64,000 nt of DNA from Candidatus Eiseniibacteriota bacterium (lineage in GTDB: Bacteria; Eisenbacteria; RBG-16-71-46; CAIMUX01; VGJL01): positions 64,001 to 128,000 of the forward strand of contig CAWBWI010000006.1 in NCBI GenBank assembly GCA_963792585.1, written 5' to 3'. Position numbers and translations under genes: made by a program. Positions within the stretch are counted from its first letter, which is position 1. The number at the start of each line of letters is the position of its first letter. Below the pieces are notes generated by a model. The model saw only the letters and a program-made list of their open reading frames with translations. It was not told the origin of the DNA and did no database searches. Below are positions 61,070 to 64,000 of this stretch, piece after piece.

Positions 61070-62594
61070 CGATGATCGATCCGTCCCGGTACTCGATCAG
61101 CGCGACGACATCGTCGGTGAACTCGACCGGCCGCGGCTGGCCGGTGAGCGCGCTGATCTCCTCATGGAGCTCGCGGATATCCTTCAGCGGCAGCCGTCGC
61201 TGCGACGAGCTCCTTCTTGAGCGTCCTCGTGCCGGTCGGCGACGGCGATGCCCCGCTCGGTCACGACGACGTCGACCGTCTCGCCCGGGGTGGTGATCGT
61301 CGTCACCTCATCGCGGACGATCGGCAGCCGCCCGCGGATCGACGGGGCGACGACGATCGCGAGCTTGGCGCCGGCGGCGGTGTCGGAGTGGCCGCCGGTG
61401 TTGTGCAGGAGGTAGCCGTTCGACTCGGTGTTGACGTTGACGTTGAAGTTCACGTCGACTTCGGTGGCGCCGAGGATCACGCACGTCGAGCATGTTGACG
61501 ACCGAGCCGCGGTTGAACGGGTTCGCGTAGAGGTCGGCGCTGATCTCGCGGTGGCGGAGGTTTCGCCCGATCGACTCGACGGCGCGCAGGTCGAAGCACT
61601 GCACGTCGAAGAGGGTCTGGAAGTAGCCTTCCTCGAGCATGTCGACGAAGTAGCCGGTGATCCCGCCGCAGCCGAAGCTGCCGTGGATCCTCTGCTCCAG
61701 CATCTTGCGCTTCACGGCATCGGCGACGGCGAGCGATGTCCCGCCCGCGCCGGTCTGGAACGAGAAGCCGTCCTTGAGCAGCCCCGAGGCCTCGATCACC
61801 TCGGCGGCGTAGCGCGCGATCAGGAGTCCCGCCGGGTCGCGCGTGACGCGCGTCGTTGTGGAGACGATCTTCTTCGGGTCGCCGAGCGAGTCGATGGTGA
61901 CGACATAGTCCACGTCGCTCTGCGAGATGCTGACGGGCGCCGCGGGATACGGCACGAGGTTGTCGGTGACGGCGACGACCTTGCGCGCGTAGCGGGCGTC
62001 GGTGAAGGCGTAGCCCAGGCTGCCGCAGGCCGACGGGGCCGCTGACGCCGTTCAGGTTGCCGGTTTCGTCGCAACAGGGGGCGGCGATGAAGGCGACGTC
62101 GACCGGCACCTCGCTCGGTCACGAGCGCCCGGGCGCGCCCGCCGTGGCTGCGCACGACGATCGGGCAGTCGAGCTCGCCCTTGCTCACCAGCTCGCCGAT
62201 CAGGCCGTTGACGCCCGTCTCGCAGCTGGGTCACGACGCCCTTTCGGATCTGCGGGATGATCTCGGCGTGGACCTGGTGGACCGAGCTCGAGGCGATCGT
62301 GATGTCCTTGATCCCCATCGCGTCGATCTCCTGGACGAGCAGGTTCAGGAGCAGGTCGCCGTTGCGGAGGTGGTGGTGGGTCGCGATGGTCATCCCGTCG
62401 CGCAGGCCGCGACTTCTCGATCGCGGCGCGCAGCGATCGGGAGAACCTTGCTCTCCCCCGGGTTGCGCCGCACGAGCGGCCGCGTCGCCGCGATCGACGT
62501 CGGGCATGCAGCGACCAGGGATCCTTGTACGGGATCGTAGCTTCTGGCCGTGCCAGACGTCGGGGATCTCGCGCCCCAGGCTATTCCTCGCCAT
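61044..62594 (-). CDS. citF: citrate lyase alpha subunit (multiple frameshifts)
   Basis: GMTIATHHHLRNGD, VRSHGGRA, SFQTGAGG, GATEVDVNFNVNV, GGHSDTAAGAK, TPGETVDVVVTERGIA across several frames. Confidence 0.9.
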
Positions 62595-63517
62595 GGATCA
62601 CCTCGTCGGTCAGCTCGTAGTCGATCATGCCGAAGGCGATCGCGGTCTTGAGGATCCGCGCGGCGCGCTTGACGACCGGCGCGTCGACCATCTTCCCGCG
62701 CAGCGAGATGACGCCGGTCCCCATCTCGCGGGCCCGCTTGATCGCCTCCATGACCTCGAGGGCGTACGTCGATCTCCTCCTGCTTCGGGCGGAAGACCTC
62801 GTGCACCACCTCGATCTGGCGCGGGTTGACGAGCGACTTACCGGTGAAGCCGAGGCGCTTGATCAGCTCGGTCTCGGCCCGCAGGCCGTCCATGTCGTTC
62901 ACGTCGGAGAAGATCGAGTCGATCGCCTGGATGCCCGGCCGCCTTCGCCGCCCAGACGATCTGCGTGCGGGCGTTGAACAGCTCCTCGCCGGTCCGCGTG
63001 CGCTGGATCTCCATCGAGGCGGTGTAGTCCTCGGCGCCGAAGGCGAGCGCGACGATCCGCCTCGATGACCTGCGCTGTCTCGACGCAGTTGAGGATCGCC
63101 GACGGCGCTCTCGATCGACGGGATGATCTTGAAGTGGCCGATCGGCAGGCCGAGGCGTCTCCTCCGACTCGGTCAGCAGCGTGTCGAGGCGTTCGACGAC
63201 CTCCGGGCCGGTCGGCCTTCGGCAGGCGGATGCCGTCGGGCCAGCGCGGGCAGGACCTCGCGCAGGTCGTCCAGGCGCGTACTTCGTGTCGAGGCCGTTG
63301 ATCCGGACGAAGACCTCCTTGCTCGCCGGTCCGCGAGACGCGTGCAGGAAGTTGCGCGCCAGAATGCGGGCCGCGTCCTTCTCGGCGAGCGGCACGGCGT
63401 CCTCGAGGTCGATCATGACGCCGTCGGCGTCGAAGACGGGGATGTTCTGGAGCATTCCGGGCATGTTGCCGGGCACGTAGAGGAGCGATCGCCGCAGCTT
63501 CAGCGGCCGCCGTCCAC
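62581..63517 (-). CDS. citE: citrate lyase beta subunit (multiple frameshifts)
   Basis: LRRSLLYVPGN, DLEDAV..KDAAR, VRIN, GAEDY, LGFTGKSLVNPRQI. Confidence 0.9.
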
Positions 63518-63519
63518 GG

Positions 63520-64000
63520 CTAGCGGTCCTCGAAGAAGAGGGTGTCGATCGCCGCCCTCGTCGGAGTGGTGGCGCTCGACCCCCTCGACGATGTACTCGG
63601 CGAGCGACCATCTCGCAGGTGGCGAAGACCTCGGCCTCGATGCAGGTGGCCGCCGATCACTTCGCCCGACGACTTCGACGCCGAAGATGTGCAGGTGCGG
63701 CGTCCATCCGGCCCGTCCTCGTTCGGCACGAGGTTTCCCTCGATCCCGAGCAGGTCGAGCGGCCCCTCGACCGGTGCACCGGCATGCGCGGCTCGGTGAT
63801 CGGCAGGCGCGCCCCGGCCTGGATGTCGCTGAACTGGACGTTCCGCACCGAACCGATCGCCGAGAGCATGACGCCGTGCTTCAGACCTACGGTCCGCGCG
63901 AACCAGCAGAAGTTGCTCGAGCAGGTCGGCGCCGGGCATGATCTGAATGATGAACCTGCGTCCCGACCGGCACTCGCGATGCCAGAACTGCTCCTCCACT
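63520..64000 (-). CDS. PPC/DUF296 domain protein (frameshifted, may extend beyond the window)
   Basis: PGADLLEQL, SAIGSV, LLGIEGNL, HLH, VIGGHL. Confidence 0.75.
   Translation of the reverse strand, partial: VEEQFWHRECRSGRRFIIQIMPGADLLEQLLLVRADRRSEARRHALGDRFGAERPVQRHPGRGAPADHRAAHAGAPVEGPLDLLGIEGNLVPNEDGPDGRRTCTSSASKSSGEVIGGHLHRGRGLRHLRDGRSPSTSSRGSSATTPTRAAIDTLFFEDR

Noticed and set aside
61044..63999. Programmed frameshifting or true pseudogenisation of cit genes
   Set aside because: Too many scattered indels, no slippery motifs recognised, and protein motifs well preserved; error is more parsimonious

Overview
High-GC bacterial DNA. About 1-59.8 kb is one large mosaic exopolysaccharide (EPS) / PEP-CTERM-exosortase locus. 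It holds three PEP-CTERM proteins, an exosortase with a separate EpsI, a PrsK/PrsR-type sigma54 two-component system and a TPR lipoprotein. The EPS genes cover Wzx/Wzy-type export (priming transferase, Wza, co-polymerase, BY-kinase, flippase, ligase/polymerase, WecB), many glycosyltransferases and sugar-modifying enzymes (3 deacetylases, 3 GNAT/FemAB, CapK-like, DegT-like, LbH acyltransferase, FkbM). Embedded in the locus are type IX secretion-like parts: a ~1800-aa FN3-repeat protein with a T9SS/FlgD-like tail and a PorV/PorQ-like protein, which suggests an FCB-related host (inference). Four sigma54 -24/-12 promoters and a recurring 17-bp TGTC-N7-CCGACA box point to a common regulon. Two divergent PEP-CTERM proteins carry Cys/Gln-x-x-x-Trp motifs typical of thioester adhesin domains. 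Mobile DNA is abundant: intact IS21 and IS1380 elements with target duplications, plus remnants of a RIT-type integrase, a group II intron, ISL3, IS66, IS21 and IS1380. The last ~4.2 kb is a frameshift-rich citrate lyase cluster (DUF296, citE, citF, citX, citG). Scattered single-base frameshifts are probably sequencing errors. All family calls are from motif recognition by eye; no database searches were run.
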